A stretch of 64,000 nt of DNA from an uncultured Actinomycetota bacterium (GTDB lineage Bacteria > Actinomycetota > Actinomycetes > CAVWCF01): contig CAVWCF010000001.1 in the NCBI GenBank assembly GCA_963753435.1, forward strand, positions 128,001-192,000, read 5' to 3'. Position 1 is the first letter of the stretch; every line of letters starts with the position of its first letter. The position numbers and the translations under genes are program-made. This document shows positions 47,695 through 60,989 of this stretch, piece by piece. Below the pieces are notes generated by a model that was not told where the DNA came from, made no database searches, and worked only from the letters and a program-made list of their open reading frames with translations.

Positions 47695-48495
47695 GTGGCC
47701 CCGGACGGGCCGTCGTCGCCGCGTGATACGCGGTTGGCGGCGGCCCGTCGCCTTTTGCATCGGCACCAGCGGGAGAAGACCGGGCGGTTCCTGGCCGAGG
47801 GGCCGCAGGCGGTCCGGGAGGCCCTGCGCCACGCAGACGTTCACGATCTGTTCGTCACCGAAGCCGCGCGGGAGCGCCACGAGGACCTGGTCCAGGCAGC
47901 GGAGTCGGCCAGCGTTGCAGTGCACGTGCGCAGCGACGCCCAACTGCAATCCTTGTCCGAGACGGTCACGCCGCAGGGGCTGGTTGCCGTCTGCGATCAG
48001 GTGGCTCGGCCCTTCGCCGCAACGGACCTCTCGGGAACCCGGTTGGTGGCGGTGCTGGTCGAGGCGCGCGACCCAGGAAACGTCGGCACCATCATCCGCG
48101 TCGCCGATGCGGCCGGTGCCGATGCGGTTGTGCTTACCGCCGGCAGTGTCGACCCGCACAACGGCAAGTGCGTTCGGTCCAGCGCCGGCAGCCTGTTCCA
48201 CCTTCCGGTGCTGACCGGACTGGCAGTTGCGGACACGGTTGCGCTGCTGACGTCGGCCGGTCTGCAGGTCTTGGCGGCGGATGCGACCGGCGTAAGCGTC
48301 GACGAAGCGGATGACCTCTTGGGTTCGCCGAGTGCCTGGCTGTTTGGAAACGAGGCCCATGGTCTGCCCTCGGCGCTTGTCGCTGCCGCCGATCGTGTCT
48401 TGGCCGTCCCGATCCACGGCAAGGCGGAGAGCCTCAACCTTTCGACCGCGGCGGCCGTTTGCCTGTACTCGTCCGCACGTCGGTTGCGGACCTGA
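47695..48495 (+). CDS. TrmH/SpoU family RNA 2'-O-methyltransferase
   Basis: RDPGNVGTIIR, LFGNEAHGL, ESLNLSTAA. Confidence 0.94.
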   Translation: MAPDGPSSPRDTRLAAARRLLHRHQREKTGRFLAEGPQAVREALRHADVHDLFVTEAARERHEDLVQAAESASVAVHVRSDAQLQSLSETVTPQGLVAVCDQVARPFAATDLSGTRLVAVLVEARDPGNVGTIIRVADAAGADAVVLTAGSVDPHNGKCVRSSAGSLFHLPVLTGLAVADTVALLTSAGLQVLAADATGVSVDEADDLLGSPSAWLFGNEAHGLPSALVAAADRVLAVPIHGKAESLNLSTAAAVCLYSSARRLRT

Positions 48496-48612
48496 GCTGC
48501 GACTTGTTGCCGGGTCGCGGCGTCTGACCAGGTCAGCTGCCAACCGCGCTGGCTCATAGACTCACGCCCCTAGTCACGCGATCTTGAGGAATTGGGAGGG
48601 CGCAGGTCGGTC

Positions 48613-49725
48613 ATGTCCGCACCCAATTCCGAGTACGACCCGGTCCAGGTGACCCCGCTGGACGCGCCAGCGGTCGAGGCAGCGGTGGAGTCGGCGCTGG
48701 CTGCCATCAGCGCCAGCTCGGACCTGGACGAGCTCAAATCGGCGAGGTTGGCCCACGCCGGGGATCGCTCGCCGCTGGCGCTGGCCAATAGGGAGATCGG
48801 TGCCTTGCCGCCGGCGGCCCGCGCCGACGCCGGCAAGCGGGTGGGCGCGGCTCGCGGTCGCATCAGCCAGGCCCTGGGCCAGCGGCAAGGCGAGCTGGAA
48901 GCCCAACGGGACGCCGCGGTGCTGGTGTCCGAAGCCGTGGACGTCACCCTGCCCTGGGATCGGCGACTGCGCGGCGCTCGGCATCCGCTCACGTCCATCG
49001 TCGACCGGATCGCCGACATCTTCATCGCCATGGGCTACGAGGTGGCCGATGGCCCGGAGGTGGAGGCGGAGTGGTTCAACTTCGACGCCTTGAACATCCC
49101 CCCGGACCACCCGGCGCGGGAGATGACTGACACCTTTTTCGTCGAGGACGCCGATTCCGGTCTGGTCCTGCGCACCCATACCTCGCCGGTGCAGGCGCGG
49201 GTGATGCTTTCGGGGCGCAAGCCGCCGATCGCTGTCATTTGCCCGGGACGGGTCTTCCGCACCGACGAGTTGGACGCCACCCATACCCCGGTGTTCAACC
49301 AGGTCGAGGGACTGGTGGTCGACGAGGGCATCACCATGGCGCACCTGAAGGGGACTCTCGACCACTTCGCCGAGCAGATGTTCGGAAGCGGGATCGTCAC
49401 CCGGCTACGGCCCAGCTACTTCCCATTCACCGAGCCGAGCGCGGAGGTGGACCTGGAGTGCTTCGTCTGTCGTGGCGCCTCCGTGGGCGACCCGGACCGA
49501 CCGTGCCGAACCTGCTCCTCGGAGGGGTGGATCGAGTGGGGTGGGTGCGGCATGGTGAATCCGCGTGTCCTCGTGGCGTGCGGAATAGACCCGGAGCGCT
49601 ACACCGGATTCGCCTTCGGGATGGGCCTTGAACGCACGCTGATGTTCCGTCACGACGTCACCGACATGCGCGACATGGTCGAAGGCGACGTGCGCTTCTC
49701 CCTCCCGTTCGGCATGGAGGTGTGA
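48613..49725 (+). CDS. pheS: Phenylalanyl-tRNA synthetase alpha subunit
   Basis: [41 protein letters not shown]. Confidence 0.98.
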   Translation: MSAPNSEYDPVQVTPLDAPAVEAAVESALAAISASSDLDELKSARLAHAGDRSPLALANREIGALPPAARADAGKRVGAARGRISQALGQRQGELEAQRDAAVLVSEAVDVTLPWDRRLRGARHPLTSIVDRIADIFIAMGYEVADGPEVEAEWFNFDALNIPPDHPAREMTDTFFVEDADSGLVLRTHTSPVQARVMLSGRKPPIAVICPGRVFRTDELDATHTPVFNQVEGLVVDEGITMAHLKGTLDHFAEQMFGSGIVTRLRPSYFPFTEPSAEVDLECFVCRGASVGDPDRPCRTCSSEGWIEWGGCGMVNPRVLVACGIDPERYTGFAFGMGLERTLMFRHDVTDMRDMVEGDVRFSLPFGMEV

Positions 49726-52202
49726 TGCGCGTTCCCTTGTCGTGGTTGGCCGATTACGTGCAACTGCCACCTGCAGTGACTGCACGGGAACTGGCCGAGG
49801 CGCTGATTCGGGTCGGCCTGGAGGTCGAGACCGTCGAGGAGATCGGCGCTGATCTGACCGGTCCGTTGGTGATCGGGCGGGTGCTGGAATTCGCCGAGGA
49901 GGAGCACTCCAACGGCAAGACGATCCGCTGGTGCAACGTCGACGTGGGCGGTTCCCAACCGCAAGGCATCGTGTGTGGTGCCCGCAACTTCGCAGTCGGC
50001 GACTACGTGGTCGTGGCGCTTCCGGGAGCGGTGCTTCCGGGTGGATTCCAGATCGCTGCGCGCAAGACCTACGGGCACGTGTCGGAGGGGATGATCTGCT
50101 CGGTCCGCGAACTTGGCATCGGGGACGACCACGACGGCATCCTGATTCTGAGTGACCGGGACCGGGGCGGCGCGGAGATCGGCTCCGATGCGCGCGTCGC
50201 GCTCGGACTGCCCGACGCGGTCCTGGACATCGCGGTGACGCCCGACCGTGGCTACTGCCTGAGCCTGCGCGGTGTTGCGCGCGAAGCGGCGTGCGCTTTT
50301 GATCTGCCGTTCACCGATCCGGCGGCCAGGCCGCTGCCCGAGTTGGGCGCTGGCTGGCCGGTCGAAGTAGTCGACTCGGCCGGTTGCGACCGGTTCGTCG
50401 CCCGGTCGGTTACCGGTCTTGATCCCAACGCGGTATCGCCGTTGTGGCTGCGAACCCGCCTGCACCTGGCCGGAATGCGTCCGATCGGTCTGGCCGTCGA
50501 CATCACCAACTACGTGATGCTGGAACTGGGCCAACCGATCCATGGCTATGCCGCCGACCGCCTGCGTGGCGCGCTGCAAGTGCGCCGGGCGGCCGCGGGG
50601 GAGCGGTTGCAGACCCTGGACGGCACCGATCGCAGCCTGGACCAGGACGATCTGCTCATCGTGGATGACAGTGGTCCTATCGGTATCGCCGGGGTCATGG
50701 GTGGTGCCACGACCGAGATGGCCGATACGACCACCGACGTTGTGGTGGAAGCCGCGCACTTCGACGCGATCGCCATCAGCCGGTCAGCACGGCGCCACAA
50801 GCTGCCCAGCGAAGCGAGCCGCCGTTTCGCCCGAGGCGTGGACCCGGATCTGCCTGGTGCTGCCGCCGACCGGGTTGTGTCGCTACTGGTTGAACTGGGC
50901 GGTGCGCGTGACACCGGACTGGGCACCGACGTCGACACCCGCCCCGGCGTGCGACCGATCGCCATGGGTTCGCAGTTCCCGAGCCGGCTGGCCGGCATGG
51001 AGATAGCCGACGAAGAGGTCGTCTCCCGGCTGCGGTCGGTCGGCTGCACGGTGGACTCCGGCGACGGCAGGGTGGAGGTGCTGCCCCCGACTTGGCGGCC
51101 GGATCTGCAGCAGCCGGCCGATCTGGTCGAAGAAGTCGTTCGCCTGCACGGCTACGACAAGTTGCCGAGCGTGCTGCCGAAGATCGCCGCGGGTGCTGGC
51201 CCTTCGATTCGCGAACGCCACCAGGTGCGGGTGATGCGAGTCCTGGCGGCGGCTGGACTCGTTGAAGTGCGCAACTACCCATTCGTCGGGCTGGAAGTTC
51301 TGGACGCGATGGGGCTGCAGCCGGACGATGACCGGCGCCGGATGGTGCGCTTGGCCAACCCGCTCTCCGAAGCCGAGCCCTTCCTGCAGACCATGCTCTT
51401 GCCAGGCCTGTTGGCCGCCGCGCGTCGCAATGTCGGTCGGGGGCTGACCGACCTGGCGCTGTTCGAGGTGGGCCGGGTGTTCCGACCCGGCGATGCCGCC
51501 ACGCGAGCGCTGCGGCCTGGGGTGGACGGTCCGCCCAGCGACGCCGAGTTGAAGGCGATCGACGCCGCGCTTCCGGATCAGCCGCGGCACCTTGCGGCGG
51601 TGCTGACCGGTCATGCCGCCCGGCCCGGCTGGTGGGGGACCGGACGACTGGCCACTTGGGGTGACGCCATTCAGGTGGCTCGACAGGCGGCGGAGGCGAT
51701 CGACGCTCCGCTGCGGGTGCGCTCCGGCGCCTTGGCGCCATGGCATCCCGGCCGCTGCGCGGAACTGGTCTTGGGTGAGGAGGTCATTGGCTACGCGGGG
51801 GAGTTGCATCCCAATGCTTGCGAGCAACTGGGCCTGCCGCCGCGGACCTGCGCGATGGAGCTGGACTTCCGCGCTCTCGGCTCGTACGCGGAGCCCCTCG
51901 TCAAGGCGCCGCACATCTCCACCTACCCGCCGGCCACCCTGGACCTGGCCCTCGTGGTGCCGGACGAGGTTTCGGCGGCCGACGTCACCGCCGCTTTGCG
52001 CACCGGTGCCGGCGACCTGCTCGAAGACCTACGCCTATTCGACGTGTACACCGGCGAACAGGTCGGCCCCGGGCACAAGTCGTTGGCCTTTGCGCTGACA
52101 TTCCGCGCCCCGGACCGCACGCTGACCACCGAGGAGGCGACCGCGGCCCGAGATGCCGCCGTCGCGGCGGCAGCAGGCCTGGGGGCCGCGCTGCGAGTCT
52201 GA
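49725..52202 (+). CDS. pheT: Phenylalanyl-tRNA synthetase beta subunit
   Basis: IVCGARN, TPDRGYCLS, DITNYVMLELGQP, C-terminal anticodon-binding domain (LFDVY...KSLAF). Confidence 0.98.
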   Translation: MRVPLSWLADYVQLPPAVTARELAEALIRVGLEVETVEEIGADLTGPLVIGRVLEFAEEEHSNGKTIRWCNVDVGGSQPQGIVCGARNFAVGDYVVVALPGAVLPGGFQIAARKTYGHVSEGMICSVRELGIGDDHDGILILSDRDRGGAEIGSDARVALGLPDAVLDIAVTPDRGYCLSLRGVAREAACAFDLPFTDPAARPLPELGAGWPVEVVDSAGCDRFVARSVTGLDPNAVSPLWLRTRLHLAGMRPIGLAVDITNYVMLELGQPIHGYAADRLRGALQVRRAAAGERLQTLDGTDRSLDQDDLLIVDDSGPIGIAGVMGGATTEMADTTTDVVVEAAHFDAIAISRSARRHKLPSEASRRFARGVDPDLPGAAADRVVSLLVELGGARDTGLGTDVDTRPGVRPIAMGSQFPSRLAGMEIADEEVVSRLRSVGCTVDSGDGRVEVLPPTWRPDLQQPADLVEEVVRLHGYDKLPSVLPKIAAGAGPSIRERHQVRVMRVLAAAGLVEVRNYPFVGLEVLDAMGLQPDDDRRRMVRLANPLSEAEPFLQTMLLPGLLAAARRNVGRGLTDLALFEVGRVFRPGDAATRALRPGVDGPPSDAELKAIDAALPDQPRHLAAVLTGHAARPGWWGTGRLATWGDAIQVARQAAEAIDAPLRVRSGALAPWHPGRCAELVLGEEVIGYAGELHPNACEQLGLPPRTCAMELDFRALGSYAEPLVKAPHISTYPPATLDLALVVPDEVSAADVTAALRTGAGDLLEDLRLFDVYTGEQVGPGHKSLAFALTFRAPDRTLTTEEATAARDAAVAAAAGLGAALRV

Positions 52203-52224
52203 TGCCGTCCGCCGGGCCCGGGTG

Positions 52225-52262
52225 TGTGAATAGACTTGCGGGGTATGGCATACTCACTCGCC
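52225..52262. promoter_or_regulatory. Putative tandem ARG boxes (ArgR operator) over the argC promoter
   Basis: TGAATAGACTTGCG (52227-40) and GGCATACTCACTCG (52247-60), 20 bp apart, resemble degenerate TG(A/C)AT-N4-AT(G/T)CA; argR is in the operon. Confidence 0.5.
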
Positions 52263-52293
52263 ATTGCAGGAAGCGGCAGTGATTGGGAGTGAG

Positions 52294-53331
52294 ATGCACA
52301 GGACGGTCGCGGTCGCCGGCGCCAGCGGTTATGCCGGCGGCGAGTTGCTGCGGTTGATCCTCGGTCATCCGCAACTTCAGTTGGGTCCGGTGGCTGCCAG
52401 CGGCAACGCCGGTCGCGCGGTGACCGCGGTGCATCCGCAACTGCCGGAACTTGCCGACGCCCATTTCGTCTCGACCGATGCCGATGCCTTGTCCGACTGC
52501 GACCTCTTGTTCTTGGCGCTGCCGCACGGCGAGTCAGCTGCCTTGGTGCGCAGCTTGCCGCCCGATCTGCCGATCGTGGACTTGGGCGCAGATTTCCGCC
52601 TCGACGATGCCGATGCTTGGGCGCAGTACTACCCGGGTGCCCCTGAGCACGCGGGCTCCTGGGTCTACGGCCTGCCGGAGCTGCCGGGGCAGCGGGACCG
52701 GATCCGCAACGCCAATCGGGTCGCTAACCCCGGGTGCTACGCAACAGCGGTGGCGCTGGCCTTGAGTCCGTTGCTCGGTGCCGGGTTGGTGGACCCCGAG
52801 GACCTGGTTGTCGTGGCCGCCTCGGGCACTTCTGGCGCAGGCCGCAAGGCGGTCGCGTCATTGCAGGCCAGCGAGGTTATGGGCTCGATGTCCGCGTACA
52901 AGGTGGGCGGCGTCCATCAGCACACGCCCGAGATCGAGCAGACCTTGGCCGCGGCGGCCGGCGAGCCGGTCCGGTTGTCCTTCACGCCCCTGTTGGCCCC
53001 GATGCCGCGGGGGATCCTGGCCACCTGCACGGCACGCTCGGCCCCGGATCAGGACACGGACACCATGCGGCAAGCAGTTCACGATGCCTATGCGACCGAA
53101 CCGTTCGTGCACCTGCTGCCGGCCGGGGTGTGGCCGACGACCTCGGCGACCGCAGGCTCCAACGCCGCGCAGCTGCAAGTGGCGGCCGACGCCCACTCAG
53201 GGCGCGCACTGGTCGTCATCGCCGAGGACAACCTCGGCAAGGGCGCTGCGGGCCAGGCGGTACAGAACGCCAACTTGTTGCTGGGCCTGGACGAGACTGC
53301 CGGGCTGTCCAGTCGGGGCGTGGCCCCGTGA
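52294..53331 (+). CDS. argC: N-acetyl-gamma-glutamyl-phosphate reductase
   Basis: GASGYAGGE, ANPGCY, SGTSGAG, HQHTPEI, DNLGKGAAGQAVQN. Confidence 0.98.
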   Translation: MHRTVAVAGASGYAGGELLRLILGHPQLQLGPVAASGNAGRAVTAVHPQLPELADAHFVSTDADALSDCDLLFLALPHGESAALVRSLPPDLPIVDLGADFRLDDADAWAQYYPGAPEHAGSWVYGLPELPGQRDRIRNANRVANPGCYATAVALALSPLLGAGLVDPEDLVVVAASGTSGAGRKAVASLQASEVMGSMSAYKVGGVHQHTPEIEQTLAAAAGEPVRLSFTPLLAPMPRGILATCTARSAPDQDTDTMRQAVHDAYATEPFVHLLPAGVWPTTSATAGSNAAQLQVAADAHSGRALVVIAEDNLGKGAAGQAVQNANLLLGLDETAGLSSRGVAP

Positions 53332-54479
53332 GCGTCACGGCCGCGACCGGATTCCGGGCCGCCGGAGTGGCCGCCGGGCTGAAGCAGTCGGGCAAACCAG
53401 ATGTGGCGGTCGTGGTCAACGACGGCCCCCTGCAGGTGGCTGCTGCGGTGTTCACGAGCAATCGGGTGCAGGCGGCTCCCGTCACCTGGACCCGCCAGTG
53501 CGTGGCTGACGGCGTGTTGGCAGCGGTTGTCCTCAACAGTGGGGGTGCCAACGCCTGCACCGGACCCGACGGCTTCGCGGACACCCACCGGACAGCCGAG
53601 CACGCCGCGCAAGCACTGGGCATCGGCGCCGGTGACGTCGGCGTCTGCTCGACCGGACTGATCGGCGTCCGGCTACCCATGCCGCAGCTGTTGGCGGGTG
53701 TAACCGCAGCGGTGGCCGAGTGCGCGCCCTCCGGTGGCATGGCGGCCGCCAATGCCATTCTCACCACCGACTCGGTGACCAAGACGGCCACGGCCTCCGG
53801 TTCGGGCTTCACCGTCGGCGGTATGGCCAAGGGCGCCGGAATGCTCGCGCCGGGACTGGCGACGATGCTCTGTGTCCTGACCACCGACGCAGTGCTGGAC
53901 CCGGCAACCGCGGATGCCGCGCTGCGACGGGCAACGAATCGGACGTTCGACCGCGTTGACTCCGATGGGTGCATGTCCACCAACGACACCGTCATCCTCA
54001 TGGCGTCGGGGGCATCCGGGGTCGAGCCGAGCGCTTCGGAGTTCGAAGAGTTGCTTCAGGATGTGTGCGCGGACCTGGCCGGTCAGCTGGTGGTCGATGC
54101 CGAGGGAGCCAGCAAGGTGGTCGCCATCGAGGTCGTCAACGCGGCCACTGAGACCGACGCGGTAACCGCCGGGCGGGCGGTCGCGCGCAGCAACTTGCTC
54201 AAATGCGCACTGCACGGTGAGGACCCCAACTGGGGTCGGGTGCTGGCGGCCGTCGGCACCACCAACGCCGCGTTCGAGCCCGATCGGATATCCGTTGCCA
54301 TCAATGGGGTTTGGGTGTGCCGGGATGGCTCGGTCGGGGCCGACCGCAGCGGTGTCGACATGACCGGCCGGGACGTCCGGATCGTGGTCGACCTCAACGC
54401 CGGGGTGTCCAAGGCGACGATCTGGACGAATGACCTGACGGCTGCGTACGTGCACGAGAACTCGGCCTACTCGACATGA
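53328..54479 (+). CDS. argJ: Bifunctional glutamate N-acetyltransferase/ornithine acetyltransferase
   Basis: [39 protein letters not shown]. Confidence 0.97.
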   Translation: MSVTAATGFRAAGVAAGLKQSGKPDVAVVVNDGPLQVAAAVFTSNRVQAAPVTWTRQCVADGVLAAVVLNSGGANACTGPDGFADTHRTAEHAAQALGIGAGDVGVCSTGLIGVRLPMPQLLAGVTAAVAECAPSGGMAAANAILTTDSVTKTATASGSGFTVGGMAKGAGMLAPGLATMLCVLTTDAVLDPATADAALRRATNRTFDRVDSDGCMSTNDTVILMASGASGVEPSASEFEELLQDVCADLAGQLVVDAEGASKVVAIEVVNAATETDAVTAGRAVARSNLLKCALHGEDPNWGRVLAAVGTTNAAFEPDRISVAINGVWVCRDGSVGADRSGVDMTGRDVRIVVDLNAGVSKATIWTNDLTAAYVHENSAYST

Positions 54480-55354
54480 ACAGGTTCTCCGGCGCGCACG
54501 CCAAGGCCGCGGTGCTGACCGAGGCCCTGCCCTGGCTGGAGCGGTTCCACGGCGCGACCGTCGTGGTCAAGTACGGCGGCAATGCAATGACCGACGACAG
54601 CCTGCGACGCGCCTTCGCTGAGGACGTGGTGTGGCTGCGGTACGCGGGTCTGCGTCCGGTCGTCGTGCACGGTGGCGGGCCCCAGATCAATGCGATGCTC
54701 GACCGGCTCGGGGTCGAGTCGACCTTCACCGGTGGTCTGCGGGTCACCACTCCGGAGGCCATGGATGTGGTCCGGATGGTGCTGACCGGCCAGGTGCAGC
54801 GCGAAGTCGTCGGCCTCATCAACGCCCACGGCCCCTTCGCTGTTGGCATGTCCGGCGAGGACGCGCACCTGTTCACCGCAGAACGGCGACCGGCGATTGT
54901 CGACGGCGCCGAGGTGGACGTCGGGCTGGTCGGCGACGTGGTCGAGGTCCAGCCCCAATTCGTGCGGGGACTGCTTGACGACGGCCTGATCCCGGTGGTT
55001 TCCAGCGTCGCTCGCGGTGCCGGCGGTGCGATCTTCAACGTAAATGCGGACACTGCCGCCTCCGCTCTGGCCGTGGCATTGGGGGCAGAGAAACTCGTGG
55101 TGTTGACGGATGTGGAGGGCCTCTTCGCCAACTGGCCCGAGACCGACGACGTCATCTCGCGGCTGACGGTCACGCAACTGCGGGAGCTGCTCCCCGGCCT
55201 GTCCACCGGGATGGTGCCCAAGATGGAAGCGTGCTTGCGGGCCGTGGACGGGGGTGTCCCCAAGGCGCATGTACTGGACGGACGCGTGGAACACGCCCTG
55301 CTTCTGGAGATCTTCACCGACTCCGGGGTGGGCACCGAGGTGGTGCCCGGGTGA
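54476..55354 (+). CDS. argB: Acetylglutamate kinase
   Basis: [27 protein letters not shown]. Confidence 0.98.
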   Translation: MNRFSGAHAKAAVLTEALPWLERFHGATVVVKYGGNAMTDDSLRRAFAEDVVWLRYAGLRPVVVHGGGPQINAMLDRLGVESTFTGGLRVTTPEAMDVVRMVLTGQVQREVVGLINAHGPFAVGMSGEDAHLFTAERRPAIVDGAEVDVGLVGDVVEVQPQFVRGLLDDGLIPVVSSVARGAGGAIFNVNADTAASALAVALGAEKLVVLTDVEGLFANWPETDDVISRLTVTQLRELLPGLSTGMVPKMEACLRAVDGGVPKAHVLDGRVEHALLLEIFTDSGVGTEVVPG

Positions 55355-56538
55355 GCGACAAGACGGCAGATCTGCTGAGCCGGTGGGACGGGTCGGTCAT
55401 GCCGACTTACGGGACCCCGCCGCTGGCGCTGGTATCCGGGTCCGGGTGTCGGGTGACCGACGCCGATGGCGTTGCGTACTTGGACCTGCTGTCGGGTATC
55501 GCGGTGAACGCCCTGGGGCATTGTCATCCCGACTGGGTTGCGGCGATCAGGACGCAGGCGGCGCAGTTGGGGCATGTGTCGAACCTGTACGCCACTGAAC
55601 CGACGGTGTCGCTGGCCGAGCGCCTGCTGGCCCTGGCGCAGTGCGGCGACGGCCGGGTCTTCTTCGCCAACTCCGGCGCCGAAGCGGTGGAGGCAGCGTT
55701 CAAGATCAGCCGGCGATCGGGCCGAGAGCGCATCGTCGCGACTGTTGACGGCTTTCACGGCCGCACGATGGGGGCCTTGGCGCTTACCGGTCAGTCAGCC
55801 AAGCGGGATCCCTTCGCACCACTGCCACCGGATGTCGTGCACGTGCAGTTCGGTGATGTAGACGCCTTGCGGGCCGCCGTCGACGAGACAGTCGCTGCGG
55901 TCGTCCTGGAGCCCATTCAGGGCGAGGCCGGCGTAGTTGCTGCGCCCCCTGGGTACCTGGCCGCGGCCCGGGAGACGTGCGATCGGCATGGTGCGCTGTT
56001 GATCCTCGACGAAGTCCAGACCGGCATCGGCCGTACCGGTTCCTGGTTCGCCTTCCAGCAGGCCGAGCCGGCGGTTCGACCCGACGTGCTCACGTTGGCC
56101 AAAGGCTTGGCCGGCGGACTGCCGATGGGCGCTTGCCTGGCTTTCGGACCGGCAGCCGAAGTCCTCGGACCCGGACTGCACGGTTCCACTTTTGGGGGCA
56201 ATCCCGTCGTCGCAGCGGCCGCTTTGGCGGTTCTGGATGTCATCGAGCGCGACAACCTGCTTGGCAACGCAGTTGACCGCGGCCGGCAGCTGCGGGACGG
56301 CGTGGCCGAACTGGGCCACCCGTTGGTTGCGGAGGTGCGCGGCAGCGGATTGCTGCTTGGTGTGGTGCTGACCAGGCCAGTCGCCAAGGAAGTTGAGGCG
56401 TACCTGCGCCAATCCGGTGTGCTGGTGAACGCCGCACAGCCCGACGTGATCCGGTTGGCCCCGCCGCTGATCCTCAGCGCGGCCGAAGCCGAGGAGTTTC
56501 TGGCGGCGTTGCCGACGGCTTTGGCGGCGGCAGCATGA
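55351..56538 (+). CDS. argD: Acetylornithine aminotransferase
   Basis: [36 protein letters not shown]. Confidence 0.97.
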   Translation: MSDKTADLLSRWDGSVMPTYGTPPLALVSGSGCRVTDADGVAYLDLLSGIAVNALGHCHPDWVAAIRTQAAQLGHVSNLYATEPTVSLAERLLALAQCGDGRVFFANSGAEAVEAAFKISRRSGRERIVATVDGFHGRTMGALALTGQSAKRDPFAPLPPDVVHVQFGDVDALRAAVDETVAAVVLEPIQGEAGVVAAPPGYLAAARETCDRHGALLILDEVQTGIGRTGSWFAFQQAEPAVRPDVLTLAKGLAGGLPMGACLAFGPAAEVLGPGLHGSTFGGNPVVAAAALAVLDVIERDNLLGNAVDRGRQLRDGVAELGHPLVAEVRGSGLLLGVVLTRPVAKEVEAYLRQSGVLVNAAQPDVIRLAPPLILSAAEAEEFLAALPTALAAAA

Positions 56539-57061
56539 CGGTCGCGCACACCCCAGCCGCTCGCCGGCAGGTGATCGCCGACCTCCTCGGGCGTCACTCC
56601 GTCCGCAGCCAGCGGGAACTGGCCGACCTGCTCCGCGAGGAGGGGATTGACGTCACCCAGGCCACTCTCAGTAGAGACCTGGACGACCTGGAGGCGGTGA
56701 AGATCCGCGACGCAGCCGGCGACCTGGTCTACGCCCTGCCCGGGGAGGGCGGGGACCGCACACCCACCGCTACCCCCGATGCTGCCGCCGGGGACAGGTT
56801 GGGCCGGGTCGTTGCCGAGGTTCTCGTCAGCGCCGAAGCCGCTCGGAACCTGGTTGTCCTGCGGACTCCACCGGGGGCCGCGCAGTACCTGGCCAGTGCG
56901 CTGGATCACGCCTCGCTGGCTGCAGTCGCCGGAACAATCGCCGGCGACGACACTGTTCTGCTGATCGCCCGGGACGACCGCCGGGCCATTCAGACCGTCG
57001 ACTGGTTGCTGGCAGTAGCCGGCGGTCGCAGCAGCATCCACACCGAAGAGAGGGAACTCCC

Positions 57062-57065
<4 letters not shown>
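56535..57065 (+). CDS. argR: Arginine repressor
   Basis: [23 protein letters not shown]. Confidence 0.98.
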
Positions 57066-59685
<2,620 letters not shown>

Positions 59686-59773
59686 CCGAACCCCATGTTC
59701 GGTTCGCCTGGCCTGCTCTAGGTGTGGACCTGGGCGCGGTGCAGTGCCTAGACCCGGGGGTGGTCGCAAGCAG

Positions 59774-59806
59774 CCGGCGCCGCCCCACAAGGCGGGACGG
59801 CGCCGG
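59774..59806. terminator. GC-rich hairpin between convergent argH and the small minus-strand gene (possible bidirectional terminator)
   Basis: CCGGCGCCG (59774-82) and CGGCGCCGG (59798-806) are perfect arms; no strong U-tract. Confidence 0.6.
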
Positions 59807-59829
59807 AGTCTGCGTTTACGAGGTCGAGT

Positions 59830-59991
59830 TCAGATCTTGTCCTTGAGCGCCTGAGCGCCCTTGTCGATGGCGCCGTCAGCCTGGTCGGGTGCGGCGGCCT
59901 TCGCAGCATCGGCGCCCTTGTCGATAGCTGCGTCGGCTGAGTCACCGCCGAGCTTCTCCTTGGCCTGGTTCACCATGTCTTCGATTCCCAT
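59830..59991 (-). CDS. Small Rv0909/MT0933-like (putative antitoxin family) protein, 53 aa
   Basis: ATG 59991 with GGAG SD; MGIEDMVNQAKEKL...AIDKGADAAK...AIDKGAQALKDKI pattern. Confidence 0.7.
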   Translation of the reverse strand: MGIEDMVNQAKEKLGGDSADAAIDKGADAAKAAAPDQADGAIDKGAQALKDKI

Positions 59992-60386
59992 ATCAACTCC
60001 ATAGAAGAGGATGAACGTCGCCATCTTCGGCGACCTGATGCACGCTCGCAGGTCATGGCATGTCTCGCAACTGGAAGGATCAATAGGTCAGGTGTCAACT
60101 GCCACATCCAGTAACCGTTTTCGCTCCAGCCCCAGATCCTGCGGCGAGCCTGTGGCAGAGATGCGTCACTGATCACCGCCGGGGGAGTCGCCCATTTGGT
60201 CGCGTCGGGGTTTACGTCGTCGGTGTCGCAGTCGCAGGAATGCAGCCCCTGGCCGGTGGCCGCGGTCGTGAACACGCGCCACAGGACGACGACGTTGCGT
60301 GTCCATTCCATGGAGAGGAATCTACGGGGATACCGGGCGAGAAGGCCCGGGACGTTGAGCCTGTTCCGGCTGGCTAGGTTCGCTGA

Positions 60387-60989
60387 GTGAGCGCCCCGCA
60401 GTTGCCCGCTAACCCTGTCGACGCGGCCAGGGCGCTGCTCGGCGCGCACCTCACCGCCGGCGAGGTGACGGTGCGCATTGTCGAAACTGAGGCTTACGGC
60501 GGCGTGGGGGAGGATCCCGGGTCGCATGCGCACCGCGGGCAGACGGCTCGGAACGCGTCGATGTTCGGTTCGCCGGGCCTGCTGTATGTGTACTTCACCT
60601 ACGGCATGCACCACTGCGCCAACGTGGTGGTTGGTGCTGAGGGCACCGCTGGTGCCGTCCTGCTGCGTGCCGGGGAGGTGGTGGCCGGAGTTGACCGCGC
60701 TCGACTGCGCCGGGGGCAGCAAGTACGCGACCGGGACCTGGCGCGTGGGCCGGCGCGACTCTGCGTGGCTCTTGGGATCGACCGCCGAGACGACGGGATC
60801 GATCTCTTCGCGGATGGTGACCTTCGGCTTGAACTGGGCCGGCCGGTGGCCGTTGACCTCGTCGGCTCTGGCCCAAGGGTGGGCGTGCGGCACGCCGCGA
60901 ACAGACCTTGGCGGTTCTGGATATCCGATGACGCGCACGTGAGCCAGTACCGTGCGGCAGCACCACTTGGGGGAGGATCCGGTTCGTGA
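60387..60989 (+). CDS. DNA-3-methyladenine glycosylase (AAG/MPG family)
   Basis: IVETEAY, YVYFTYGMHHC, VLLRA, ARGPARLC, GPRVGV, PWRF. Confidence 0.96.
   Translation: MSAPQLPANPVDAARALLGAHLTAGEVTVRIVETEAYGGVGEDPGSHAHRGQTARNASMFGSPGLLYVYFTYGMHHCANVVVGAEGTAGAVLLRAGEVVAGVDRARLRRGQQVRDRDLARGPARLCVALGIDRRDDGIDLFADGDLRLELGRPVAVDLVGSGPRVGVRHAANRPWRFWISDDAHVSQYRAAAPLGGGSGS

Noticed and set aside
49455-49520. CFVC...CRTC Cys insert in PheS
   Set aside because: This is a common feature of PheS in many actinobacteria and is not novel.
59687-59701. CGAAC-CCCAT-GTTCG resembling a LexA/SOS box
   Set aside because: The spacer is 5 nt rather than the 4 nt of the actinobacterial SOS box, and it lies between convergent gene ends.
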